64,000 nucleotides of DNA from a virus. Both the position numbers and the translations under genes were made by a program. The notes under the pieces are model-generated. The model saw only the letters and a list, made by a program, of their open reading frames with translations, made no database searches and was not told where the DNA came from. Shown one piece after another: positions 7,965-15,707 of the stretch. The stretch covers positions 10,136 to 74,135 of the IMG/VR virus record IMGVR_UViG_3300026116_000003; one strand, given 5' to 3'. Position 1 is the first letter of the stretch; every line of letters starts with the position of its first letter.

Positions 7965-8354
7965 TCAAAGCTTTGCAGCCGCAAGCACTTCAGCCCGGAG
8001 CTTAGCCGCGCAGGGAGCGCAGTAGCCGTGAGAGACGAAGCTCCCAAGCGCCTTGCTGCGCTCTTTGTTATCGCAAGCGCAACAGAGCCAGAGCATAATC
8101 TCTTTGCCACGACAAGCAGCTTCGCGGACGAGCGCCAGCGCCGTCAAGTCCGTAATCTTTACTAGCTCGCTCGTTGAGCACCGAGTCCAGTCTCCGCCGC
8201 TAACGGTAAATCCGGCCGGAGCGCCCGTATAGTGCAAGCGCGGGCGGATTTCAGTTTTCGTCCCGTCCAAGTCCCAAATATTGTAGCCGACGCCAGGAGC
8301 GGTCGATTCCAGAGACTTTACCGCCGCCGCAAGTTTGATTGTCATATTCTTCAT
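7965..8354 (-). CDS. Hypothetical protein with C-terminal zinc finger
   Basis: CCAC...SHGYCAPC motif; ATG 7 nt after repeat copy 8. Confidence 0.75.
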   Translation of the reverse strand: MKNMTIKLAAAVKSLESTAPGVGYNIWDLDGTKTEIRPRLHYTGAPAGFTVSGGDWTRCSTSELVKITDLTALALVREAACRGKEIMLWLCCACDNKERSKALGSFVSHGYCAPCAAKLRAEVLAAAKL

Positions 8355-8361
8355 ACCCTAG

Positions 8362-8389
8362 TTATCGACGCCCTTAGAGAATACTTTAG
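8362..8389 (-). promoter_or_regulatory. Cassette repeat copy 8; sigma28-like promoter
   Basis: CTAAA GTATTCTCTAAGGGC GTCGATAA, then 7 nt, then ATG(8354). Confidence 0.75.
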
Positions 8390-8544
8390 GGGCGATTGAT
8401 ATATCCACTGGGGTTGCGCTTAGCGTCTTCCAGCAAGAGAGCCAGGAGGAACAAAGTATCAGTCTCGCTTTGCGCCATACCGAGCGACTCCGCGCGCTTC
8501 CGGTCAGCGATTAGCGAGTCAATTATTTCATCAAAAGTTTTCAT
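8386..8544 (-). CDS. 52-aa hypothetical protein (MKTFDEIIDSLIADRK...INRP), below the ORF-track cutoff
   Basis: Manual translation; ATGA overlap with the upstream stop; TAA inside repeat copy 8. Confidence 0.65.
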   Translation of the reverse strand: MKTFDEIIDSLIADRKRAESLGMAQSETDTLFLLALLLEDAKRNPSGYINRP

Positions 8545-8723
8545 ATCATTCCGTTCGCGTCGAGCTCGTCATAGAGCGCTTTCGTCTTCGTTACCATATT
8601 ATTGTCTCGCTTGAGCCGGCGGAGCTGAACCAAGACGTCGATTACTTCCTCGTCAGTTATCGGCTCGCCCAAATACTTTGCCATAATTTGCTTCGCCGTG
8701 AGTTTCTTTGTTTTGCTTTTCAT
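8541..8723 (-). CDS. Small hypothetical protein (start MKSKTKK)
   Basis: ATGA overlap with 8720-8965. Confidence 0.65.
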   Translation of the reverse strand: MKSKTKKLTAKQIMAKYLGEPITDEEVIDVLVQLRRLKRDNNMVTKTKALYDELDANGMI

Positions 8724-8965
8724 AAAATTGTAACGCACGGAGCGAAGTGAAAATCCCGCATTGCTTGTTCGATAGTCATCCCTTCAGCTTCGCCCGTAAC
8801 AAAGTCTCCATACATCAATTCGGCTGCGTCTGCCCGAGTCTCGAAGTCTCCAGTATATTGCTCTTCGTGCTTTAGTTTTTTGCAGTCCTTGCAATCAGCA
8901 GCGTGGACAATAAAGACGCCTTTGGATTGGTCCCGCAAATTAGGTCCGAAAATTGTCAGTTTCAT
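8720..8965 (-). CDS. Hypothetical protein
   Basis: ATGA-coupled ORF; VHAADCKDC...APC. Confidence 0.7.
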   Translation of the reverse strand: MKLTIFGPNLRDQSKGVFIVHAADCKDCKKLKHEEQYTGDFETRADAAELMYGDFVTGEAEGMTIEQAMRDFHFAPCVTIL

Positions 8966-9258
8966 AAATCTTGCAAGTAGGGGTTGGGTTTGTAGGTCGG
9001 TTCGGGCTTGACGTTGAGCTTTTTGGGCATCATGGCGAGCGCTCGTTCCATCGGAGTTTGCTTTACGTCGAAGTGAATCAAGACCGGTTGGTAAACGAAG
9101 ACTCCACGACGACCGGCGTAAGCGCGCACGTCTTCGATACTTTCGAAGCGAGTTGCCTTTTCGTGATTGCGTATCGACTTGAATCCAGTCGGCGGGACGT
9201 CTACTAAATACACGTTTTTCTTCTCAAACCAAATTACCCATTTGCTATCAATTTTCAT
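8962..9258 (-). CDS. Hypothetical protein
   Basis: ATG 6 nt after repeat copy 9. Confidence 0.7.
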   Translation of the reverse strand: MKIDSKWVIWFEKKNVYLVDVPPTGFKSIRNHEKATRFESIEDVRAYAGRRGVFVYQPVLIHFDVKQTPMERALAMMPKKLNVKPEPTYKPNPYLQDL

Positions 9259-9264
9259 ACTGGT

Positions 9265-9292
9265 ATATCGACGCCCTGTGGAAATACTTTAG
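9265..9292 (-). promoter_or_regulatory. Cassette repeat copy 9; sigma28-like promoter
   Basis: CTAAA GTATTTCCACAGGGC GTCGATAT, then 6 nt, then ATG(9258). Confidence 0.75.
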
Positions 9293-9293
9293 C

Positions 9294-9575
9294 TCAAGCT
9301 TTGAAATACTTTGCGATATCGGGAAAGTCTCGCTTGAGCGACGCTACAGCGAGCCGAGCGATTTCATTATCAACTTTGCGAATCTCCGCGTTGACTTGCT
9401 TGCAAGTTGCGTCAGCCATAAGCTTTATCGCTATGGGCGTGCAACCGTCGTATTTCCCGAAAGATGCTTGCTTGCTCAAAGCGTCTCGGATTTGGACAGT
9501 ATTCCAGCCGGCGTTTAGAAGCTCGCCGATTGCTTTTTGCAGTCTCGCTACCACCGTTTCGTTTATCTCGTTCAT
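9294..9575 (-). CDS. Hypothetical protein
   Basis: ORF between repeat copies 10 and 9. Confidence 0.7.
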   Translation of the reverse strand: MNEINETVVARLQKAIGELLNAGWNTVQIRDALSKQASFGKYDGCTPIAIKLMADATCKQVNAEIRKVDNEIARLAVASLKRDFPDIAKYFKA

Positions 9576-9582
9576 ACTAGAG

Positions 9583-9605
9583 TTCAGCCCTTAGGGATAC
9601 TTTAG
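9583..9605 (-). promoter_or_regulatory. Cassette repeat copy 10, with a 5-bp deletion in the -10 box
   Basis: CTAAAGTATCCCTAAGGGCTG-AACTCTAGTATG versus copy 7 ...GGGCTGACGATAACTCTAGTATG. Confidence 0.7.
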
Positions 9606-9606
9606 C

Positions 9607-9789
9607 TCAATCTTGAAGAGCGATTGCAGCCGCGCGGGCAAGCTCGACGCCCTTGCTAATCCGGTCCCGTTCGATTAAGAGCAACGGCTTGAGCATCGTC
9701 GATACTCGCGGCGACTTGATTAAGCGGTCGAGACGGTCCCAATCGGCTCGGATAGAGCGAAACTCTGCATGGGCTTGTAAATAAGTCAT
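9607..9789 (-). CDS. Small hypothetical protein
   Basis: ORF ending in TGA-GC-TAAAG at repeat copy 10. Confidence 0.65.
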   Translation of the reverse strand: MTYLQAHAEFRSIRADWDRLDRLIKSPRVSTMLKPLLLIERDRISKGVELARAAAIALQD

Positions 9790-9795
9790 AAAAGC

Positions 9796-9978
9796 TTAGT
9801 TTTCAAAACATTGGACCCACTTAACGACTTGAGACGTAGAGCTACGGATTGTGCTCAAGACGCGCCTGGCGCGGCTCGGCTCGATATCCATCGGGAGCAA
9901 TCCTTCAAGCCGCTCGATTGCTTGTTTCATTTGCGTCAGCTCTTCCTGGATTCTATCGTATTCGATTGATTTATTCAT
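9796..9978 (-). CDS. Small hypothetical protein (start MNKSIEY)
   Basis: ATG 7 nt after repeat copy 11. Confidence 0.65.
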   Translation of the reverse strand: MNKSIEYDRIQEELTQMKQAIERLEGLLPMDIEPSRARRVLSTIRSSTSQVVKWVQCFEN

Positions 9979-9985
9979 ACTCAAG

Positions 9986-10013
9986 TTATCGACGCCCTTA
10001 GGGAATACTTTAG
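9986..10013 (-). promoter_or_regulatory. Cassette repeat copy 11; sigma28-like promoter
   Basis: CTAAA GTATTCCCTAAGGGC GTCGATAA, then 7 nt, then ATG(9978). Confidence 0.75.
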
Positions 10014-10252
10014 CTCAAAGTTGCAAAGACTTCAGAGATAACATAAGCCCAGCCCCGTCGATTGAACTGCTGACGAATCCCGTTCCCTACCATTACATTA
10101 TACGGTTCGAGATTTGCGCCGGCATCTTTGACAAGCTTTAAGATAATCCAGCGTCCGTTGTCGCTCGATATTCGATAGAATTGGCATTCCACGATTCTGT
10201 GGTCGATTTTGAATTGCCCGACTTGCGATTGACTTGTTGCTATATATTTCAT
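10010..10252 (-). CDS. Hypothetical protein
   Basis: Exactly bounded by repeat copies 12 and 11. Confidence 0.7.
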   Translation of the reverse strand: MKYIATSQSQVGQFKIDHRIVECQFYRISSDNGRWIILKLVKDAGANLEPYNVMVGNGIRQQFNRRGWAYVISEVFATLS

Positions 10253-10259
10253 ACTAGAG

Positions 10260-10287
10260 TTATCGACGCCCTTAGGGAATACTTTAG
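10260..10287 (-). promoter_or_regulatory. Cassette repeat copy 12; sigma28-like promoter
   Basis: CTAAA GTATTCCCTAAGGGC GTCGATAA, then 7 nt, then ATG(10252). Confidence 0.75.
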
Positions 10288-10294
10288 CCCTTAT

Positions 10295-11161
10295 TTACAG
10301 TCCAGCAACTTTGCGAATCAATCGAAGCTCTTTCTTCGAAGACTCTGCCGGGTCTTTCGCGTCAATTACGATATTCTCCGTTACCCCAGGGAAGCAAGCG
10401 AGCAAGTCCGCCAGCTCCCGCGCCCGCGCTTGAGCGTCGAGCGACGAGTCCAGGCAGATGTAACGTCTCGGAAACCCAGCCAGCGTCTTTACTTGCTCGC
10501 TTGTCCAGGCGAGCCCAAAGAGCGCTCCAGCGCCGGGACCGACGGCCCAAGCGTCAATAGGGCCCTCGACGATTACGACGGCGTGGCGGCACCAATCCGC
10601 TCCATAAATAACGTGTTTGAGATTGATACTCGCTTCCGTCTCGGGCGCAGACAAGTATCGCTTCGCTGCACGGTCTCCGATTGCGCGAGTTGTCCAGCTA
10701 ACGCGGACTCGCTTGCTCAATATCGGAATGTAGATTCGCCAAGCGAGTCGAGCGTCTATCCCGATTCCCTCGACTTGCCAGAGACGCTGAATCTCTTCGG
10801 GGTCAAATCCACGACGCTTGAGATAGTCCCGGTGGCAGCGTTGCAACGGGCCCCGTCCGCCGGGCTCTTTCAATCTCCCAGACCACTCCGCTTTCTCCGG
10901 CTCTTTCCCTAGCTCGTAATCGTGGAGAAACTCCCGGATGGTTGACGACGAGACTCCGAGCTTGAGCAACGTCTCCCAAACCGGATGCCAGCGACATTTC
11001 CAGCAAGCGAAAAACTTGTCAGAGAGATTGAACCCCAAGTGGTAATTTTGCGAGCCGCAAAAGGGACAAACTCTAACTTGCAGCCAGCCAGTCCGGCAAT
11101 GGTTGTGTCCCGACTCCAGATAGTCGAGTCCAGCGCCAGCTAGTAATTCCTGGATAGTCAT
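10295..11161 (-). CDS. DNA primase (zinc finger + TOPRIM)
   Basis: CPFC...CWKC zinc finger; YLKRRG; VIVEGPIDA, ALFG, ICLDS and KDPAE TOPRIM motifs; start MTIQELL. Confidence 0.85.
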   Translation of the reverse strand: MTIQELLAGAGLDYLESGHNHCRTGWLQVRVCPFCGSQNYHLGFNLSDKFFACWKCRWHPVWETLLKLGVSSSTIREFLHDYELGKEPEKAEWSGRLKEPGGRGPLQRCHRDYLKRRGFDPEEIQRLWQVEGIGIDARLAWRIYIPILSKRVRVSWTTRAIGDRAAKRYLSAPETEASINLKHVIYGADWCRHAVVIVEGPIDAWAVGPGAGALFGLAWTSEQVKTLAGFPRRYICLDSSLDAQARARELADLLACFPGVTENIVIDAKDPAESSKKELRLIRKVAGL

Positions 11162-11313
11162 TTCCTCAGGATATATTGGCGCATCAACTTGACGATAGCC
11201 TCCTGCATCGTCTGCCCCTTGCGAGCGCAAGCCGCCTTGAATTGGTTCTTGGTATCAATCGGGATACCCTTGAAAAACAAAACACCTTTGTGGTGCTGCA
11301 GTTCCGATTTCAT
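11158..11313 (-). CDS. Ribbon-helix-helix (ParG/Arc-like) DNA-binding protein
   Basis: LFFKGIPIDTKNQFKAACARKGQTMQEAIVKLMRQY; ATGA coupling on both sides. Confidence 0.75.
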   Translation of the reverse strand: MKSELQHHKGVLFFKGIPIDTKNQFKAACARKGQTMQEAIVKLMRQYILRK

Positions 11314-12662
11314 AATTTCTCTGTTCGTATTATCTCCAGCAAGTCTTCGAAGATATTGAAGCTCTGAGCGTCTTCTTCTCCGTTCAATACTGCGTCTAGG
11401 ATATCCGACTTCTTCCGCAGAATTCGCACCAGCTTCTCTTCGATAGTCCCTAACGCCGTCAAGTAATGAATGACGACTTTCTTCTTTTGCCCGATACGAT
11501 GGATACGGTCCTCGCCCTGCAGCAAGTCGCCGGGACTCCAAGGGAAGTCCAGAGCCGCCGCGTTGCTGGCCGCATGCAAAGTAATTCCGACTCCGGCTGC
11601 TTTCCAATTTCCCAACAGCAGATTGACGCGACGATTGGATTGGAACTTCCGTACGGTCTCGTCCCGCTTGCGCCCGACTACGCGGCCATCGATAACGACG
11701 CTGGACGGGAATCTCTCTTTCAATTGGTCGATGACAAAAGTATGCATGGTCAACGCCACGAGTTTCTCTCCGGGGTGCGCGATAAAGAATTCCTCAATCC
11801 ATTGCTTGGTCCATTCCATTTTCAACTTGGCTACGAGCCGCAACAGATATCCGACTTTGACGAGCGCCAGACTCTTCTTCGCCCGCATCGCTCGGGATGG
11901 GCTGGTCTCTTTGAGCCAGACCAGAAACTCGTTATCAGCCCTACGATATTCCTTGTAAGACGCCAGCCGGAACGGAACGATACGCCGAGTCTTGGCCGGC
12001 AGCTCCAGCAGCACGTCTTTCTTGAGCCGGCGAATCATGCACTCCGAGCGGAGAATCCGGTTCAGTTGTTTCAAGTTCGTTGCGCCATCGTATCTCCAGC
12101 CCCACGGAGTATATCGCGGCTTGCAATACGCCCAAGCATACTCTTCCCGGGATGGAAACAAATCGGGGCGGATGATTCGCAAGATGGACCAGAGCTCAAT
12201 CGGCCGGTTCGTCAACGGAGTCCCGCTCAGCCCGATAACCGAAGAAGCTTTCTTGACCAGCCTCCGGCTGGCTCTGGTTCGTCTCGCTCTCGGCGTCTTC
12301 AGGTAATGCGCTTCGTCAAAGATTACCGTTTGCGGTTTAGCTTTCAATAGAACCGGCAACCACGATTCCAGGATATCGTAATTGATAATAACTACAGAGC
12401 CGGGAAGCGGCTGGCGTCGCTTCATCTGGCCTTCCAAGACTTCCGTCCGCATATTGAAGTGGATGGCCGCTTCCGACTGCCAAGTATATTTGACTGAAGC
12501 GGGGACTACGATAACGACTGGCCGTCGGCGTGGCGTCTTGAGAATCCAATAGAGCGATTGAATAGTCTTGCCCAATCCCATTTCATCAGCCAGCAAAGCT
12601 CGCCCTTTGAACGCTCGGATTTGACGAGCGCCAGCCAACTGAAATGGTTTAAGCTTGGTCAT
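11310..12662 (-). CDS. SNF2-family (HARP-like) helicase
   Basis: LLADEMGLGKT, DEAH, LSGTP, RRLKKDV, GVGITL and QGEDRIHRIGQ motifs. Confidence 0.92.
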   Translation of the reverse strand: MTKLKPFQLAGARQIRAFKGRALLADEMGLGKTIQSLYWILKTPRRRPVVIVVPASVKYTWQSEAAIHFNMRTEVLEGQMKRRQPLPGSVVIINYDILESWLPVLLKAKPQTVIFDEAHYLKTPRARRTRASRRLVKKASSVIGLSGTPLTNRPIELWSILRIIRPDLFPSREEYAWAYCKPRYTPWGWRYDGATNLKQLNRILRSECMIRRLKKDVLLELPAKTRRIVPFRLASYKEYRRADNEFLVWLKETSPSRAMRAKKSLALVKVGYLLRLVAKLKMEWTKQWIEEFFIAHPGEKLVALTMHTFVIDQLKERFPSSVVIDGRVVGRKRDETVRKFQSNRRVNLLLGNWKAAGVGITLHAASNAAALDFPWSPGDLLQGEDRIHRIGQKKKVVIHYLTALGTIEEKLVRILRKKSDILDAVLNGEEDAQSFNIFEDLLEIIRTEKL

Positions 12663-12901
12663 TTCGCATAATAAGCCGAGTCTAATTTTCCTTCGCGTTC
12701 TAATTCTTCAAGGTCTTTTTTGTCGTTGAAAAACTCGAAGCCCGTAATGTTTTGAGACATTGTATGCATGTGACGAAACCGCTTATATTCGCCCGGCTTC
12801 CACGATTGATGCCGATACCACGATACGTCGGGGATGGTTTTCGTAAAAGGAACTTCGGTCAAGTTCTCTACTTGCGGAGGAGTATCTTTGTTTGTTTTCA
12901 T
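12659..12901 (-). CDS. Hypothetical protein (start MKTNKDT)
   Basis: Fills the gap between the sigma-like gene and the helicase; ATGA overlap. Confidence 0.55.
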   Translation of the reverse strand: MKTNKDTPPQVENLTEVPFTKTIPDVSWYRHQSWKPGEYKRFRHMHTMSQNITGFEFFNDKKDLEELEREGKLDSAYYAK

Positions 12902-12905
12902 AAAT

Positions 12906-13475
12906 TTAATGAGCCCACACTTCCCAAAACCGCAATTCAATCTCTCGTTGCGCTCGCTCGATGCGTCGCTTGTCCAGGCCTTTGCTCTGGAGATATTCTT
13001 TGACTCTCGCCAGCAGTTGCTTCGGCGTCATCTTGCTCCCCAAGTCCAGACTTTCTCCGCGACGCGGGCCAGCAGCAATCCGCCCCACTTCCAGAATCTC
13101 CGCCGGGGTCTCCAGCAGGAGACTGATTATCTCTTGAGCGTCTTCCGACAAGCCACCAATCATATCCATAATCTCGCTACGTTGCTCCGGCGCGAATCCA
13201 GTCAACTCGTCGTTCATCTCCGTGCAGATTAGCGGGTCTCTCGTCCGCTTCGTTATCCAGCTGCGCAAGCTCGTCCAGACCTTAAAGTAGCACCAGGAAG
13301 AGAACTTAGAACCGCGGCGGCTATCGTAAGTTTGACAAGCGAGCATGAAGGCCAGATAAGCCTCGCTCCGCGACTCTTCGAAAGTTACTGGACAAGCTTG
13401 CGCGACTTTCCACGCCAGACTGCAGAGCATTTTTTCCACTTTGGGAAATTCAATTTGCGGGTCGATTTTTGTCAT
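12906..13475 (-). CDS. Phage RNA polymerase sigma70-family-like protein (region 2 plus degenerate region 4)
   Basis: LAWKV...EESRSEAYLAFMLACQTYDSRRGSKFSSWCY resembles region 2.2-2.3 (FDPxRGxKFSTYA); LSEDAQEIISLL resembles region 4.1. Confidence 0.7.
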   Translation of the reverse strand: MTKIDPQIEFPKVEKMLCSLAWKVAQACPVTFEESRSEAYLAFMLACQTYDSRRGSKFSSWCYFKVWTSLRSWITKRTRDPLICTEMNDELTGFAPEQRSEIMDMIGGLSEDAQEIISLLLETPAEILEVGRIAAGPRRGESLDLGSKMTPKQLLARVKEYLQSKGLDKRRIERAQREIELRFWEVWAH

Positions 13476-13483
13476 TTGTCGTT

Positions 13484-13517
13484 GGTTAGAAAGTATACCT
13501 TTCTAACCCGGTGTCAA
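13484..13517 (-). promoter_or_regulatory. Operator-like palindrome overlapping a sigma70-type promoter of the sigma-like gene
   Basis: GGTTAGAAAG-TATAC-CTTTCTAACC (13484-13508); TTGACA (13517-13512)-N16-TACTTT on the minus strand. Confidence 0.6.
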
Positions 13518-13542
13518 CTCTCAAAAGATAATAAGACGTTAG

Positions 13543-13703
13543 GTTTATATTTACGTATTAAAAGACCCAAGAACTTTAGAGATTCGTTATGTAGGAGCCC
13601 ACCGGAACTTAAAATGCAATTCAAGTCGGCTTGCGCTCGTGATAGAGAAACGATGCAAGAAGCAATCGTAAGGATGATGCAAGAATTTTCAGACGAGAGA
13701 TAA
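13543..13703 (+). pseudogene. Frameshifted remnant: GIY-YIG-like N-terminal motif out of frame with an RHH paralog
   Basis: One frame reads VYIYVLKDPRTLEIRYVG (directly after a TAG); another reads PPELKMQFKSACARDRETMQEAIVRMMQEF, paralogous to 11158-11313. Confidence 0.55.
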
Positions 13704-13711
13704 TAAGCAAC

Positions 13712-14770
13712 GTGAAACTAGAGTCGATTACGCTAAACAATTTCCAAGCGCACGAGCGCCTAGAAATAAAGTTCTCTCCGACGATTACCACCATCAAGGG
13801 CGCTACTGACAAGGGCAAGAGTGCAGTCCTGCGGGCGTTGCGTTGGGTCTGCTTAAATGACACGGCAGGGGTGGACTTCATTAAGGAGGGGACCAAACGG
13901 GCTATCGTTACGCTGACTGTCGTTCACGAGCCGGCTCCGTTAGTCCGGTTGGAAGAAGTGATAGTCCGCAGCAAGAACGTCGACGGAGCGACTAATACGT
14001 ATGCACTGGACGGGAAGGAATTCAAAGCGTTCGGGCAAGGCGTCCCTCCAGACATCGCCAAAACCCTAGCTCTAAGTGAAATCAATTTCCAGGGGCAGCA
14101 CGACTCTCCATTTTGGTTTGCCGAGACGTCTGGAGAAGTATCGCGGAGATTGAACGCAGTGATTGACTTGTCGATAATTGATACAGCGCTGGCTAATATC
14201 GGCGCCGAAGTCCGTCGAGCTTCAGAGCGGAAAAGCTTGGGCGAAGAGCGATTGAACGAAGCGAAGACGCAACTGGAAGAGCTCGCCCCGCAGCGGGAAC
14301 GGATTGAGGAATTTCACAATGTTAAAGTCAAACAAACTACGCTTAAAGCCGTTGCTGAAGATTACGATAAACTGGCAGACGTCCTGGAGCGGGCAAGTTC
14401 TAATCAAGCAAGGGTCCTTGCTGCCAAAGCAGCCGACGGCGGTGAGCTATTGGCAGCAATACTATCCGCTCGTCGAGCGCAACGAAGTGCTGAAATGCTG
14501 GAGGAGATTATCTATTCAATAGGCAAGTGGCAAAGCAAAGCAAAGCCGCCGCCGGACTTTCACCCAGTACAGATGGCTTGGGGAACTTGGGCAGACGCAC
14601 GAGCGAAAGCAGAGAGACTATCAACTTTGACTGGTATCGTATTTGATAAACTTTCTATTATTCGCACACTAGCGGAAGAAGCTCAACAAGCCGAAGCAAA
14701 GTTTCACGCGCAAGTGCGCGGCAAAGTTTGTCCGCTATGCAAACAGATAATTGAACTTGATGAAAGATAA
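13712..14770 (+). CDS. SbcC/Rad50-like ATPase, N-terminal half
   Basis: ITLNNFQAH, Walker A GATDKGKS, Q-loop FQGQHD, coiled coil, terminal zinc hook CPLC; no Walker B. Confidence 0.85.
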   Translation: MKLESITLNNFQAHERLEIKFSPTITTIKGATDKGKSAVLRALRWVCLNDTAGVDFIKEGTKRAIVTLTVVHEPAPLVRLEEVIVRSKNVDGATNTYALDGKEFKAFGQGVPPDIAKTLALSEINFQGQHDSPFWFAETSGEVSRRLNAVIDLSIIDTALANIGAEVRRASERKSLGEERLNEAKTQLEELAPQRERIEEFHNVKVKQTTLKAVAEDYDKLADVLERASSNQARVLAAKAADGGELLAAILSARRAQRSAEMLEEIIYSIGKWQSKAKPPPDFHPVQMAWGTWADARAKAERLSTLTGIVFDKLSIIRTLAEEAQQAEAKFHAQVRGKVCPLCKQIIELDER

Positions 14771-15707
14771 GCCTTATCCGATAGCCCTAGCCGTTGCCGA
14801 CTTGCATCTCTCTTTGCTCCAGCCGGCTTGCCGAGCCGATAAGAGCTGGACGGACGTGCAAGCGGGATACCTCGAGCAACTAAAAGAGATTGCTGAAATT
14901 CGAATGACAGACGGTTCGCTTAGAACTTTGCCTATCCTCTGCGCGGGAGATATTTTTGATAGATGGAACGCCAGCCCCGAGTTGATTAACTTTGCATTGC
15001 ACTGGTTACCCGATGGTATGCTGTGCGTCCCTGGCCAGCACGACTTGCCGCTCCACCGGAGCGACTTGATGCACCGCTCCGGATACGGAGTATTGAAAAA
15101 AGTAGGGAAGATTAGAGACTTGTCTGAAGATGTGGTAACGATAGCAGCGGAGAGATTGATGGTGCATGGATACGGATGGGAGCAAGAAATTGAACCGCTG
15201 GAAAGTAAATCCCGAGACCGCTTTCTCTACGTCGCCCTCATTCACCGCTACGTATGGACAGTCGAAGCTGGCTATCCGGGAGCGCCACAGTCTTCCCACT
15301 TGAGCTCGCTAATGAAAAGCTTGAAGGGTTACGACGTGGCAATCATCGGGGACAACCACAAGCCCTTTTTGAAAGAGCTAAAGAACGGCTGCACGGCTTA
15401 CGGGTGCGGAACTTTTATCCGCCGCAAGACGGACGAGATTGACTACGCTCCTAGCGTGGGAATTATTTACTCTGATGGAAAGGTAAAGCGCAAGCTGCTC
15501 GACATCTCTGGAGACCGCTTCCACGAAAGCGCTAAAGACCGTCCAGAGACAGCTTTTAATATGAAAGAGTTTATCGAAGGGCTGGAAGAGCTCGGCGAGC
15601 ACGGGCTGGACTTTAAGGCAGCCGTTGAGAATCACCTCAAGAATGAGGACGTTCATCCGCAAGTAAAGGAAATTATCTTGGCCGCGTTAGATAATACGAG
15701 AGTATGA
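14760..15707 (+). CDS. SbcD/Mre11-like metallophosphoesterase nuclease
   Basis: ADLH, AGDIFD, PGQHD, IH and GDNH phosphoesterase motifs. Confidence 0.88.
   Translation: MKDKPYPIALAVADLHLSLLQPACRADKSWTDVQAGYLEQLKEIAEIRMTDGSLRTLPILCAGDIFDRWNASPELINFALHWLPDGMLCVPGQHDLPLHRSDLMHRSGYGVLKKVGKIRDLSEDVVTIAAERLMVHGYGWEQEIEPLESKSRDRFLYVALIHRYVWTVEAGYPGAPQSSHLSSLMKSLKGYDVAIIGDNHKPFLKELKNGCTAYGCGTFIRRKTDEIDYAPSVGIIYSDGKVKRKLLDISGDRFHESAKDRPETAFNMKEFIEGLEELGEHGLDFKAAVENHLKNEDVHPQVKEIILAALDNTRV

Noticed and set aside
2654-10290. Repeat array as a CRISPR array
   Set aside because: Intervals are 200-2500 bp and are intact genes rather than 30-40 bp spacers; no cas genes
2654-10290. Repeats as integron attC sites
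   Set aside because: No RYYYAAC/GTTRRRY ends, no long imperfect palindrome, and no tyrosine recombinase in the window
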